From: a candidate division Kazan bacterium RIFCSPLOWO2_01_FULL_48_13
GTDB taxonomy: Bacteria > Patescibacteriota > Kazan-3B-28 > UBA10110
Direction: 5' to 3'
Length of the DNA stretch: 64,000 bases
NCBI GenBank assembly: GCA_001771275.1
Contig: METE01000001.1
Location: 55,158 to 119,157, forward strand
Of the stretch, positions 49,278 through 61,330 are shown one piece after another (the stretch's first letter is position 1; each line of letters opens with the position of its first letter). Below the pieces are notes generated by a model, which was given only the letters and a program-made list of their open reading frames with translations, was not told the origin of the DNA and made no database searches. The position numbers and the translations under genes were made by a program.

Positions 49278-50804
49278 GTGCCTGTTACAACTTTAGCTAA
49301 GATCAAAAGCGCGGCCTCACTGGGGTTGGAGCCGATCCTGATCGATGTTGAGGTAGATATCAGCAATGGTCTGCCGAATTTTTTAATAGTTGGCTTGCCG
49401 GACAAGGCGGTGGATGAGGCGCGCGAACGAGTGCGGGCCGCCATTAAAAACAGCAATGTCCAGTTCCCTACCCGTCGGATCACGGTTAATTTAGCGCCGG
49501 CGGACATCCGCAAAGAAGGCCCGGCTTACGACTTGCCGATTGCAATCGGATTACTTTTAGCCGGTGAACAGATCTACCCACCAGAAAACAGTCTGTTTTT
49601 AGGCGAACTGGCGCTAAATGGTGAGGTCCGCCCAATTAGTGGCGCAATTTTATTTGCCTCTTTGGCACAAAATCGAGGCGTAAAAACTTTATATGTACCA
49701 GCCGCCAACGCGGCTGAGGCAGCGTTAATATCCGGCATAGAAGTAATCCCGGTAGATAATTTAATCAATTTAATTGCACATTTACGGCGAGAAAAGATTA
49801 TCCCTGCCCTGCCCCCTACCCCCATCGATCCGCAAGCCGCGTTGTTTATCAATAGCGCGTTCGATCTAAAATATGTCGCTGGCCAAGAACACGCCAAAAG
49901 AGCATTGGAGATCGCGGCGGCTGGGCGACATAATATTTTAATGAGCGGCCCACCGGGTAGCGGAAAAACTATGTTGGCCAAAGGCTTAATTACGATTCTG
50001 CCACCACTCAGTGTTAACGAAGCGTTAGAAGTAACTAAAATCCATAGCATCAGCGGTTTAATGGACCCCGGTCAGCCATTAGTATGGCAGCGGCCATTTA
50101 GAAGTCCGCATCACACCGCCTCGGCTGTCGCGATTACTGGTGGCGGTAACTGGCCCAAACCTGGCGAGATCTCGCTCGCCAATCAGGGCGTATTATTTTT
50201 AGATGAACTGCCGGAGTTCCCGAGGAGCGTATTAGATGCCCTAAGACAACCTCTCGAAGATAGAGTAGTCTATATTTCCAGAGCGGCGATGACCACCAGC
50301 TTCCCAGCTAATTTTATGTTGGTAGCCGCCCAAAATCCTTGCCCCTGCGGTTTCTTTGGCGATCCACAAAAACCTTGTAAATGCAGCGCTGGACAAATTT
50401 TAGGTTATCAAAAAAGAGTATCGGGACCATTGTTGGATAGAATTGACTTACATATTAATGTCCCAAGAATTTCTTACGAAAAATTGACCGGCGCGGCTGA
50501 ATCAGAGAATTCAGCGGATATTCGTGCTCGGGTGATGGCCGCTTGGAGTATTCAACAACAAAGATTTTCCGGAACAAAAACCACCAGCAGCTCCGAGATG
50601 AATACTGAACAGACTAAACAATACTGCCAGCTTAGTGAAGATAGCCATCGCCTAATGCAAGCAGCTGTTGATCGAATGAATCTCTCTGGCCGCGGAGTTA
50701 ACCGCACGCTCAAAGTGGCGCGCACCATCGCTGACCTCGCCAAATCGCCGCAAATTACCGCAACCCACATCGCAGAAGCCCTCAGTTACCGCCTCCAAAA
50801 TTAA
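49278..50804 (+). CDS. comM: YifB/ComM Mg-chelatase-like AAA+ ATPase
   Basis: IVGLPD.AV.EA.ERVR.A, NLAPAD.RKEG..YDLPIA, GPPGSGKT, FRSPHH, LFLDELPEF, NPCPCG. Confidence 0.9.
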   Translation: MPVTTLAKIKSAASLGLEPILIDVEVDISNGLPNFLIVGLPDKAVDEARERVRAAIKNSNVQFPTRRITVNLAPADIRKEGPAYDLPIAIGLLLAGEQIYPPENSLFLGELALNGEVRPISGAILFASLAQNRGVKTLYVPAANAAEAALISGIEVIPVDNLINLIAHLRREKIIPALPPTPIDPQAALFINSAFDLKYVAGQEHAKRALEIAAAGRHNILMSGPPGSGKTMLAKGLITILPPLSVNEALEVTKIHSISGLMDPGQPLVWQRPFRSPHHTASAVAITGGGNWPKPGEISLANQGVLFLDELPEFPRSVLDALRQPLEDRVVYISRAAMTTSFPANFMLVAAQNPCPCGFFGDPQKPCKCSAGQILGYQKRVSGPLLDRIDLHINVPRISYEKLTGAAESENSADIRARVMAAWSIQQQRFSGTKTTSSSEMNTEQTKQYCQLSEDSHRLMQAAVDRMNLSGRGVNRTLKVARTIADLAKSPQITATHIAEALSYRLQN

Positions 50805-50969
50805 CCCCTGCCTCATCTCTCACTTCTCCATTGTCATCCTCAACCGAAGCGAAGCATACCACACATTGTCATCCTGAAAACACCTTACTGCCGTAGGCTA
50901 ATATAAATAACTTATTCAGGATCCAGGCCTGGATTCCGGATCAAGTCCGGAATGACAGAATGGGTAGGC

Positions 50970-51263
50970 CTAAAATATCTTGCCAACCATACGAGCCAAC
51001 ACCGCGCCAAAGGCGGTGGTTTCGGCTAACAAGTTCAGACCGATCAAAGCGGCTATCATCACCACGATTAAGCCAAGCAATACTAGCAGATCACGCTTAA
51101 CATAGCCATGATGATGCGATACTGTCGCCGTTTGACCATGCGCGACAGCGGGCCGATTAACCACCGACTGCGATACGCCAATGGGCTGACTGGTGTTAGC
51201 AGACTGATACAGGTTCTGCAATCTTTGTAGTTCCCGTGCGGCTTTTTTCGCTTTCTTATTCAT
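50970..51263 (-). CDS. Small hypothetical membrane protein
   Basis: Basic N-terminus, YVKRDL followed by one TM helix. Confidence 0.7.
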   Translation of the reverse strand: MNKKAKKAARELQRLQNLYQSANTSQPIGVSQSVVNRPAVAHGQTATVSHHHGYVKRDLLVLLGLIVVMIAALIGLNLLAETTAFGAVLARMVGKIF

Positions 51264-51341
51264 CCCGTTAGAAATCTGCTTAGCGTATATGTTTGGCTAT
51301 TGGCCTATTTCGAACGTCCCGATAAGTGATTTCTAACGGGA
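51263..51341. repeat. CCCGTTAGA-type element abutting a start codon
   Basis: TCCCGTTAGAAAT...ATTTCTAACGGGA; close relative of 5437-5516. Confidence 0.8.
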
Positions 51342-51382
51342 CGAGTACTTCGATTATACCACACCCCGTAATGCGTCGGCGG

Positions 51383-51655
51383 TCACAGTTCGATCCTGAT
51401 GGCTCTACCTCGGACAATCGCCTCCGCTAATTTGGTTTGGGCCGACCGGAGCGTGCGATGAAAGGTGCTTTGGGATACCCTCATCCGACGGGCAGCTTTA
51501 GTTTGGGGTAGTTTTAATAGATATTTTAATCTTAACGCTTCGCTCTCAGCCAAAGTAAGGGCGACTGAATCCAGATTCCTCAATGGTACCCCAGCCGGCT
51601 TAAAATAAACCGACCGAGGCAAAAAACCAATTTTTCTATTTTTTCTTTCGATCAT
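51383..51655 (-). CDS. DUF134 family DNA-binding protein
   Basis: YFKPAGVP, E.EALRL, Q..AA..M.VSQSTF.R.L.SA..KLA.A. Confidence 0.85.
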   Translation of the reverse strand: MIERKNRKIGFLPRSVYFKPAGVPLRNLDSVALTLAESEALRLKYLLKLPQTKAARRMRVSQSTFHRTLRSAQTKLAEAIVRGRAIRIEL

Positions 51656-51656
51656 T

Positions 51657-51860
51657 TTAGCAGAACTCACCCTTCATCATCGTACCGCACTTTGGGCAAG
51701 TAATCTGTGAACATGGCACTCCCCGTTGAATATGCGGCTCCTGGTTTCCACATTTGGGACAGGTACAGGTACCTGATCCAAGTGGACGTCTTTGGCCTCG
51801 ACCTACCCCCCAGCCTACACCTCGGCCACCCCCCATCACCCCACCATCACGATTAGGCAT
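51657..51860 (-). CDS. Small Gly-rich double zinc-ribbon protein
   Basis: GGGRG..., CTCPKCG...H..G.PC...CPKCG. Confidence 0.75.
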   Translation of the reverse strand: MPNRDGGVMGGGRGVGWGVGRGQRRPLGSGTCTCPKCGNQEPHIQRGVPCSQITCPKCGTMMKGEFC

Positions 51861-52337
51861 ATTGCCTCCCTTAATTTAACGATATCACTATGAATATATA
51901 TTCATAAGCAATTCCTGTCAACCTCGCCATCAGAGGAGAGGGCACTATTTACGCCCCGTGGAGATAGTTGCCCCCATCACCCATGGAGCCAATTATGTCA
52001 GCCAATAGCAAAACCGCCGTTTGGCGCGGCTGTTGTTTGAGCCCCGAGATATAGGTATCGGGGCGAGTTCAGCCAATTGCGCCAAGTAAGGCAGGTTTTG
52101 GTGTTTGGGTAATAATTGGCGATTGGGGTGTCTTTTGGGGCGCCACCCCGTCCGTCAGCCGACGGATGGGGTGGCAAAAAGAATATTAGGTTAAGATCCT
52201 GAAACAAGTTCAGAATGACAGTATTGGGTAAGATTCTGGACCCCAGTAGTAGAGCAAAGCTCACTACGGGGCGCGGCAAGCCAGAATGACGAAAAGAGGT
52301 TCACGCTGGTGGGGAGGGTTGCGATACTCTCCCATAG

Positions 52338-52365
52338 AAAAAACCGCCCTTTGAGGGGCGGTTTT
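52338..52365 (-). terminator. Intrinsic terminator after 5S rRNA
   Basis: AAAACCGCCC-ctcaaa-GGGCGGTTTTTT on minus strand. Confidence 0.75.
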
Positions 52366-52370
52366 CCCAA

Positions 52371-52486
52371 AATTTGGCAACGACCTACTTTCACAACCCG
52401 AAAGTTACTATCATCGGCGCTGAAGGGCTTAACTGCTGTGTTCGAGATGGGAACAGGTGTGGCCCCTTCGCGAGAGTCACCAAGTT
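52371..52486 (-). rRNA. rrf: 5S rRNA
   Basis: Minus strand contains CACCUGUUCCCAUCUCGAACAC.GCAGUUAAG and GCGCCGAUGAUAGU...GAAAGUAGGUCG; terminal stem closes. Confidence 0.92.
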
Positions 52487-52572
52487 CTACTTCTCTGGGG
52501 GAAGAGAAGCAGAACTCGATTACCCTCGTAAGATCCCGGGTAAACCGGGATGCCGCGGCAAGGTAAACCGCG

Positions 52573-52878
52573 TCACTTCTTGTCTAATAGCTCGCGCAGT
52601 TTTTTGAGGTTCTCCTCCATCGAGAGGAAGACCTGCAACAGTTCGGCCGCCGCAAAAAATACAATGCCGTAAAGTACGCCGCCAATCAAAACGACCAGCG
52701 CGGACATCCACGCCGAATCATACGGCGAGGCCATGCCAACCTGGGAGATAACACCGGGGAACGCCAGCCAAATAATGGCTATAAGCAGTCCACCCAATAC
52801 ACTCACCCAAGCGAGTACCCAGAGCAACAGTATGGTAGTCTTCAGCATTTTAAATCTGCTGTTTGTATTCTTTTTCAC
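52573..52878 (-). CDS. Small 2-TM hypothetical protein between 23S and 5S
   Basis: 101 aa, two TM helices, AAELLQVFLSMEEN. Confidence 0.7.
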   Translation of the reverse strand: MKKNTNSRFKMLKTTILLLWVLAWVSVLGGLLIAIIWLAFPGVISQVGMASPYDSAWMSALVVLIGGVLYGIVFFAAAELLQVFLSMEENLKKLRELLDKK

Positions 52879-53021
52879 CCCGTAGAAGAATTTAGAAATT
52901 ATATTCTCTTCTTGTCTTGGGCATTATCGTTTAAAAACTGCCCCATCAATAGTTGTCACAGTTATGCTTATCCGCGGAGAATATAGCTTTCGCCAAAGGC
53001 GTTCTAAATTTCTCTACGGGG
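52878..53021. repeat. CCCCGTAGA-type 144-nt inverted-repeat element
   Basis: CCCCGTAGAAGAATTTAGAA...TTCTAAATTTCTCTACGGGG; homologous to 60606-60750. Confidence 0.8.
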
Positions 53022-53487
53022 CATGACACTCTTAGTTTACCACAAAAAATAACTCCAGATTCCCGCCGGAGTTTATCCCGACTAGTCGGGGCGGGAATGA
53101 CGGGTGGGAAAGAAATGTGCGTTTCTTATGATCGCCGATTAAGAGACAAGCTCTTAAGAGTAGAGTCAAGTGATCGGATTATTAGTACAACTCGGCTGAA
53201 TCCCTTACGGGACTTACACCTGTTGCCTATCAACCAAGTAGTCTACTTGGATCCTTATCCCGCCAATTTAAGGTTCGTATGGCATACCGTCAGCCAAAAT
53301 AGCAATGAGCTAAATTAGATGGAGTAAATCACACACCAGCCCTAAATTGGCGGGAGGGAAATTTATCTTGAGGTTGGCTTCACACTTAGATGCTTTCAGC
53401 GTTTATCCAATCCGAACATAGCTACCCAGCACTGCCCTTGGTAGAACAACTGGTATACCAGCGGTCCGTTCGCTTCGGTCCTCTCGT

Positions 53488-54292
53488 CACTTATTCCCCT
53501 ATCACTAGGAGCGTAGACTATATCTTCACCCATTCTGCTTTTGCAACAGAATTAGGGTGGCGGCGTATTACCTATATGTATCTGTCTGCTAAAATCAGCG
53601 GACTTTCCAATGACATATAAGTCCGTTCTGGTGTTTTTGAACAACAGAACAAGTCGTTACGGGGTCAAACCTAAAACTTTGTATAACTCCACTTTAGTCT
53701 TCTTTTTCTTAGTGACATAATTTTCACCCTGAATCACCAAGATCAGATCGATTAAAGTTTTTAGAGTCTTACTCTCCAGCATATTTTTGGCATTGTCAGA
53801 CAAGATTTCGGCTGCCGTATGTAACGCAACAGCTTGAATCTTTTTAAATCGGATAAATGGCAACAGACTCCCGAGAATATCTCGAACCTGTTGATACCCA
53901 TTGATACGAAGCTCGGTCATGCCATCGTTCCTCGTGGAATGATAGCCTATGCCCAAAACTTCGCGAATCCAATGCAGAGCCTTTGCATGGCGTGTGTCCT
54001 GATAGAAACAGATGGTGGTCATAAAACGAATTTTTGATCTTCCATCTTTACGCTTCTTGATTTGAAGCATCAGACTTCCATCTCCATCAAGGAAACCCGC
54101 TATGTACGCTAGATCCGTTTTAGATCGACTTCCCACGGTATTGTCTTATTTCGTTCTGGTCCTCAAGTGAATTGTACCATAATCGCAAGAACCGTTAGCA
54201 ATTATGGCTATCAACGGATACAGAGCTGATAAGATTCCACCGTTATTAGCCGCATTGTCATCGTAGATTACTCTACGAAGTAGCAATTCTTT
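53488..54292 (-). mobile_element. Group I intron at ~U2656 (sarcin-ricin loop)
   Basis: Splits CUAGU|ACGAGAGG; ends in G; core motifs GUAACGACU and AAGAUAUAGUCU. Confidence 0.85.
53657..54136 (-). CDS. LAGLIDADG homing endonuclease (single motif)
   Basis: LAYIAGFLDGDGS. Confidence 0.9.
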   Translation of the reverse strand: MGSRSKTDLAYIAGFLDGDGSLMLQIKKRKDGRSKIRFMTTICFYQDTRHAKALHWIREVLGIGYHSTRNDGMTELRINGYQQVRDILGSLLPFIRFKKIQAVALHTAAEILSDNAKNMLESKTLKTLIDLILVIQGENYVTKKKKTKVELYKVLGLTP

Positions 54293-54355
54293 ACTAGAAG
54301 CGACTCCCCTCAAATTTCCTACGTCAACAGCAGATAGAGACCGAACTGTCTCACG

Positions 54356-55099
54356 CATGATCTTCCACTATTACTAATGGCATAGACTATATCTTCTTCC
54401 TTTTAGCCCACCGGCTAAGGAGGAGTTGGCGTGTGATAATCGACATAACAACTATCGACTATCTCATCGATCCACTGGCCTTCAGCGAATCGAATCAGTC
54501 GTTACGGGGAAAGAGATTATGTTCTTGCAGAAATTGTTTAACCGTTGCTCGCGTGGTCGTGCGTTTCTTGGAGTAATTGTACGCTGCGGTTTCATCCACC
54601 AGAGCCGCTCTTTTGAGCAACTCGGTGGGAGAGATTCTTTTGGGTGAAGACTTAATTCCCATTACACATAGGTTGATAACTTTTTGCGCAATGGTCTTTT
54701 TTAGCCGCAGATATGGTAACAATTTGGTTAAAACTTCGTAGACCGACTGATACCCCACAATGGTGTATTCAGCCATATGATCATTACGAACACGAACATA
54801 TCCATACTTCAGTTGGCCCTTGAGCCATTCGAGAAAATATTTTTTGCTTTCTTTTTGATAGAAAACAACACTCACTCGAATCTGATAGCCATGAACATAT
54901 CCACTCCGTTTAACCAGTTGCGCCATAATGCAACCGTCTCCGTCTAAGAATCCCGCAATGTAGGCAAATAACTTTTCTGCCATAACCTCGATCTTCCCTC
55001 GGGGTTGCCCTCTCTTCGTTCGGTATAAAAGAGTAGGGGTTCTCCGATATAAGCCAAATTTATTGTATCGCATTTCTGCGATAGAACGCAATGTAACTT
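54356..55099 (-). mobile_element. Group I intron at ~U2593
   Basis: Splits AGAACGU|CGUGAGAC; ends in G; AAGAUAUAGUCU. Confidence 0.9.
54495..54983 (-). CDS. LAGLIDADG homing endonuclease, I-CreI-like
   Basis: AYIAGFLDGDGCI.AQ, GYVR, LPYLRLK, VD..AA.N.SK.R.TT; same insertion site as the I-CreI intron. Confidence 0.9.
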   Translation of the reverse strand: MAEKLFAYIAGFLDGDGCIMAQLVKRSGYVHGYQIRVSVVFYQKESKKYFLEWLKGQLKYGYVRVRNDHMAEYTIVGYQSVYEVLTKLLPYLRLKKTIAQKVINLCVMGIKSSPKRISPTELLKRAALVDETAAYNYSKKRTTTRATVKQFLQEHNLFPRND

Positions 55100-55132
<33 letters not shown>

Positions 55133-55192
55133 TGGCGAACAGCCAAACCCTTCCCACCTGCTTCAGCGGGAGGATGCGACGGGCCGACATCG

Positions 55193-56078
55193 TATGATGA
55201 TGTTCCATTATTACTAATGGCACAGACTATATCTTCACCCTGCGCCCGGATGTGGGTCTTTAGACCTACCATCCTTGGGTTGGTATAGCAGGGGCTGGCG
55301 TATTACCCTTTCATAAATGAAAGAGTTTCCCTTTTCAGGTCAGTCGTTACGGGGTCATACATAGCTTATATCGGAAGCATGGGAGAATGTGCGGCTTAAT
55401 AATTTCCAACATCGTTTTAGTACTGTCTGTACTAACACGAATTCTCCAATACTTCTTATCTCGATTGAGCAAACTTTTTATCCTGAATGTTCTCCACAAT
55501 ATTGTCTGTAAGAGCTGCTGCTCTGCCATACTAAATTGTTGAGTGTTGAGATAAAAAGCCGAACGGATCTTGGAGCCATCATCCATAAACCATACGGCTA
55601 AAGACAATGGATCAAGTTCGAGATTAGACGGCACACTTTTCTTCCCTGACCCATAGAACCAATTATAGTAACTGGTAATGGTAGGAATACTTTGTGTGGT
55701 AAACCGATACGCAACACGGCTCCCGTTACCTGGACGGGTTTTGGGCGGGGTTAGAACATACAATCGAAAATGCTGCCATTTCCAATCCACATATTCTCGA
55801 TACTTAAACGAATGATTCACTTCCAATAGAGCATCTATGCGCGTGCCCTGCCGGCGTAATGTCCCATCGCCAAGCAAAGTCCCAACCAAAATTGCGTGTT
55901 GAGCTGATGATAGACTTCCCACGGTATTGCCCCCGTTCATATTATCCAATCCTGGACAAGGCCAGGATGATGATGTAAAGAATACACCATTATTTTACCA
56001 CTTGATGAACGGTTGGGTTCCACCGTTATAAGCCAAATTTTTGGTACAGAATCACTTCTGTAGCACCCCAATGTCTTA
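55193..56078 (-). mobile_element. Group I intron at ~U2500
   Basis: Splits GGCACCU|CGAUGUCGG; core motifs present; last nucleotide appears to be A. Confidence 0.85.
55347..55922 (-). CDS. LAGLIDADG homing endonuclease (double-motif, LAGLIDADG_2-like)
   Basis: ILVGTLLGDG and LDPLSLAVWFMDDG; start GTG 55922 or ATG 55949/55940. Confidence 0.88.
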   Translation of the reverse strand: MGSLSSAQHAILVGTLLGDGTLRRQGTRIDALLEVNHSFKYREYVDWKWQHFRLYVLTPPKTRPGNGSRVAYRFTTQSIPTITSYYNWFYGSGKKSVPSNLELDPLSLAVWFMDDGSKIRSAFYLNTQQFSMAEQQLLQTILWRTFRIKSLLNRDKKYWRIRVSTDSTKTMLEIIKPHILPCFRYKLCMTP

Positions 56079-56626
56079 AGGTGCCAAACCGGGTCGTCGA
56101 TGTGGACTCTTGGACCCGATAAGCCTGTTATCCCCGGGGTAACTTTTATCTGTTGAGCTTCGGCGCACCCATGTGCAACCGTCGGATCACTATATCCTGC
56201 TTTCGCATCTGCTTGACTTATAGGTCTCGCAGTTAAGCTCCCATATACTATTGCGCTATCACACCGGTTTCCATTCGGTGCTAGGGAACCTTTGAACGCC
56301 TCCGTTACTCTTTGGGAGGCAACCGCCCCAGTTAAACTACCCATCAAACACTGTCCCCATACCAGGTAATGGCACAGGTTAGAATCAAGCGAGAGTAAGG
56401 GTGGTATTTCAACGGTGACTCCACCTCGACTAGCGTCGAGGCTTCTAAGTCTCCCACCTATCCTACACACACAAACACTTAATCCAATATCAGATTGTAG
56501 TAAAGCTCCACGGGGTCTTTTTGTCTTGCTGCTGATATCCGGCATCTTCACCGGCAATGTAGTTTCACCGAGTCCCTCGTTGAGACAGTCTTCAGACCGT
56601 TCCGCTATTCGTGCGGGTCGGAACTT

Positions 56627-56928
56627 CACGAACAAAATTATTTTGTGAGTGAACCCCGCACTTTATGCATTGCATGATAGTGCGCGGGTTACCACTAATT
56701 TCGTCATCTCAATTTTTCAATTGGGCGTGGACTATATCTTCCCCGAATGTTCTTCAATACATCGGAGGATGGCGTGTAGTCTCTACGGGGTCAAACCCAA
56801 AACCTGAATATAGTGAAGATTGTTTGGTTTGGGTCGACTTCCCACGGTATCACCATACTGCCCCACACGGACAGGTTAGGCTCCACCGTTACAGCCATCA
56901 GTTTAACGTCGGGCTTGTTTCTCGACTC
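56627..56928 (-). mobile_element. ORF-less group I intron at ~U1951
   Basis: Splits GUCGGGU|AAGUUCC; 302 nt; GUAGAGACUA and AAGAUAUAGUCC; ends in G. Confidence 0.88.
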
Positions 56929-56948
56929 ACCCGACAAGGAATTTCGCT

Positions 56949-57722
<774 letters not shown>

Positions 57723-58728
57723 ATTCACCAGGGCTTAATTTCAAAGCTTTTCCATCTCCAGTTCCAAAGAACTGGGGATGGATAACCTATCCACGTGACC
57801 TTCTGGCATTGGGCAAGCGTCAGTCCCTATACATCCTCTTTCGAGTTAGCAGAGACCTGTGTTTTTGCTAAACAGTCGCCTGAAGTCTTTTGCTGTGGCC
57901 CCGCCATTTTAAAGTTCGTGCGTGGTTATCACCAACCAAACTAACTCAACTGTTAATTGATCGGTAAGCTATCACACTAACCCTAAAATGGCGGGGCAGT
58001 CCTTATCCCTAAGTTACGGACGCTATTTTGCCGAGTTCCTTAACGAGGGTTCTCTCGATCGCCTTGGTCTACTCGACCCACCCACCTGTGTCGGTTTGCG
58101 GTACGAGTGCTGATTGTTCTCGCAGAGAGGGTTTTCCGGTCAGTTTGGCTCAGTTAAATCGCCTGCCGGCAAGCCGGCAAACTTTCCATCACTGATCATG
58201 GTTACCCCTAAAATTAGGGAGATCTCCCGGATTTGCCAAAGAGATCCCACTAGCAGCTTAGACGGGCAAACCTCTACCCGCTCAACCTACCATCCTGCGT
58301 CACCCCATAGCTAGGCGCGGTGCATCTGCAACCAAGTGTCCATCCCGGTAAACCGGAACAACCTCCTTGGCGTAGAACGCAACGAACCTGTGGCGAACAA
58401 ACAGCAGTACAGGAATATTAACCTGTTATCCATCGCCTACGCCTTGCGGCCTCGGCTTAGGTCTGACTAACCCTGAGATGATTAACATAGCCCAGGAAAC
58501 CTTGGGTTTACGGCGCGCAGGTTTTTCACCTGCGTTAATACGTTACTCGTGCCAACATTCTCACTTCTGCCCGCTCCACCACACCTCACGGTGCAACTTC
58601 ACAGCCGAGCAGAACGCTCTCCTACCACCACGCTAAAAGCGTGATTCGCAACTTCGGTGTTAGGCTTGAGCCCCGGTAAATTTTGGGCGCGAACACACAT
58701 CGACCAGTGAGCTGTTACGCTATCTTTA

Positions 58729-58759
<31 letters not shown>

Positions 58760-59336
58760 TTGTCTATGTGCCCTCACTTCCTTTAACACTTAGCCTAAAC
58801 TGAGGGACCTTAGTTGGCGATCTGGGCTTTTCCCCTCTCGACAATGGCGCTTAGCCGTCACTGTCTGACTCCCATGCTATTGACTCACAAGTATTCGGAG
58901 TTTAATTGGACGCGGTACGGTTTCCCGCCCGAATCCATTCAGTAGCTCTACCACTTGGAGGAACACATGAGGCTATACCTCAATATATTTCGGAGAGAAC
59001 CAGCTATCTCCGGGTTCGATTGGAATTTCTCCGCTAATCACAGTTCATCCCCTCACTTTTCAACGTAAGTGGGTGCGGCCCTCCACTGCTTTTTAGGGCA
59101 GCTTCAGCCTGACCATAATTAGATCACCCGGTTTCGGGTCTAATCCCAGCAACTTAAACGCGCTATTCACACTCGCTTTCGCTACGGCTCCGCCCTCTAA
59201 CAGGGCTTAACCTTGCTACTGAGATTAACTCGTTGGCTCATTCTACAAAAGGCACGCCGTCATCCGTCAGCTGACGGACTCCGACTCTTAGACGGGCTAT
59301 TGGTTTCAGGTACTATTTCACTCCCCTCATCGGGGG

Positions 59337-59376
<40 letters not shown>

Positions 59377-60458
59377 GAGAAGTAGTATTTAGCCTTACCA
59401 GATGGTCCTGGCAATTTCCGACAGAATTTCACGGGTTCCGTCGTACTTAAGTTTGGTTACTCGGAGTTATTTTCTTTTCGCGTACAGGACTATCACCTTC
59501 TCTGGTGGCCCTTTCCATGGACCTTCTGCTAAGAAAATAATTTTTTACTCCTGACTTGCTCTACAGATCAAGATGTAACGACTTATAACCCTCTCGTTGC
59601 AAGGCCTGTAGGCTTTAACACAACAAGAGTTTAGGCCATTCCCTTTTCGCTCGCCGCTACTAAGGGAATAAACATTTGTTCTCTTTTCCTCACGGTACTA
59701 AGATGTTTCAGTTCCCGCGGTTCCCTCTCGCAAATCTATGTATTCAATCTGCAAGTATCCGCCCTGTTTCTACGCACAACTTCTACGCCTTTGCTCGTCA
59801 CGACTTCGTCACAAGAGCTTAGGCGCAAAAATAATTTTGCGCAGAAATAGGGCGGATGGATTGCTCCATTCGGACATCCCCGGCTCAAAGGTTGCTTGAC
59901 ACCTCCCCGAGGCTTATCGCAGTCTGCTACGTCCTTCATCGGCTACTTCTCCCAAGGCATTCACCAATAGCCCTTGAGTAACTTGACTCTGTTCTCAAGA
60001 GCTTAGTCTTAATCGGCGATCACAAGAAACGACATTTCTTATGATTTTGTTATTTTTGTGGCTTTACTGCAAATTGTTAAGTTGCACGCAAGTTCAAATA
60101 TAAAAATCTTTTTCCCCTTGTCATCCTGAAAACACTTTACTGCCGTAGGCCTACTATAAATAACTTATTCAGGATCCAGGCCCAACCCATCCGGCGTCCG
60201 TCAGCTGACGGACTTTGGAGGGTAACCCTTAAAAGGTAAAAAGGGTTAAAAAATAAGGGCCTCAGCCCTTTGCTTTTTAAAAAGGCGGAGTAAATTTAAC
60301 TCTTAAACCAGACCGATTTTAAATACAACGACACCAAGCTAAAACTCTTAAAATAAGCTTCGATGGTTTGCAATGTGTTCAAGATTGATTTGATCTTAAA
60401 ATCTATTCGTTTTGTTTGCTTTTGCATAATATCAGAGGGGTTTAGGTAATGCAATAGT

Positions 60459-60487
60459 ATTACACCCATTATCTGCCATCTTGTCAA
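60459..60487 (-). promoter_or_regulatory. Putative promoter for the stand-alone 23S-5S unit
   Basis: TTGACA-17 nt-TGTAAT, ~470 nt upstream of 23S. Confidence 0.5.
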
Positions 60488-60605
60488 TAAAGTAGCCGCC
60501 AGAGCTGAAAAAACCCTTCCAAACACCGTCATTCTGGCTTGCCCAGAATCTTACACTACCCAGATGACTCCCCCTGTATATAGTAGAGTACACTATATAT
60601 ATGGA

Positions 60606-60750
60606 CCCCGTAGAGAAATTTAGAACGCCTTGGGCGCAGGATATAGACTTTGTGGGGTATCATCAGGGTAGTCGATTAATCATGTCCGAGACTAAACGGG
60701 ACAATGCCCAAGTCGACTAAAGGCTATATCTTCTAAATTCTTCTACGGGG
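60606..60750. repeat. CCCCGTAGA-type 145-nt inverted-repeat element with TGGA flanking duplication
   Basis: ATGGA|CCCCGTAGAGAAATTTAGAA...TTCTAAATTCTTCTACGGGG|TGGA. Confidence 0.8.
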
Positions 60751-61022
60751 TGGACGACCTCAAAACTACCCTATCCAAGCACTTCTCAGCCAAGCGGAAT
60801 CCCCACCTTCACTCCGACTTACATTTATTAGTAGATGAGGCCCGGACCTTATTTAAAGAGAAGGCGGTTAAAGGCCCCGGCTCGTTTGCTTTTTATCTGG
60901 GGTTTTTTAAGAGATTAGGAGTACAAAAAGTCCGCCAACTATTGGCGGAAGTAAAAGATAGCAATGCTACCGATTCTGGAAAACTCTTTTGGTGGAAAAT
61001 CAAACAAGAGTTAAAAAAATAA
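60750..61022 (+). CDS. Small hypothetical protein
   Basis: 90 aa, HSDLHLLVDE...FYLGFFKRLG...LFWWK. Confidence 0.65.
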   Translation: MDDLKTTLSKHFSAKRNPHLHSDLHLLVDEARTLFKEKAVKGPGSFAFYLGFFKRLGVQKVRQLLAEVKDSNATDSGKLFWWKIKQELKK

Positions 61023-61024
61023 CT

Positions 61025-61223
61025 CTTCCTATTACCTTTTGCCACCATTTGGTCCGGCAAACGGTGGCACCAAACCGGCCGCCAGTCGTCGGGCTTGTTC
61101 GTCTAACAAAATTAGCTTTCTTCGCTTTCGCTGAACTCCTCGTTTCACTCCTCAAACAACAGCTTCGCCTGCGCTAATTTTGTTGACTCAATACAGCCCT
61201 CCTCCGATGGCGTAAACAACCAC
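61025..61223 (-). repeat. ~200-nt structured motif, copy 2
   Basis: Homologous to 27892-28090; strand assignment tentative. Confidence 0.7.
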
Positions 61224-61330
61224 GCTTGACTAGCTACATGACTATTCGTATGATTAACCTGTGCTTGTGGGCGCAAGCCCCGTTCGGCTAAAGAATTTCT
61301 CAAGCCGAAGACAAGCACACCTAAACAGAT

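Noticed and set aside
55937-56635. 232-aa ORF and other short ORFs within the 23S/5S genes
   Set aside because: They are translations of conserved rRNA sequence, not proteins.
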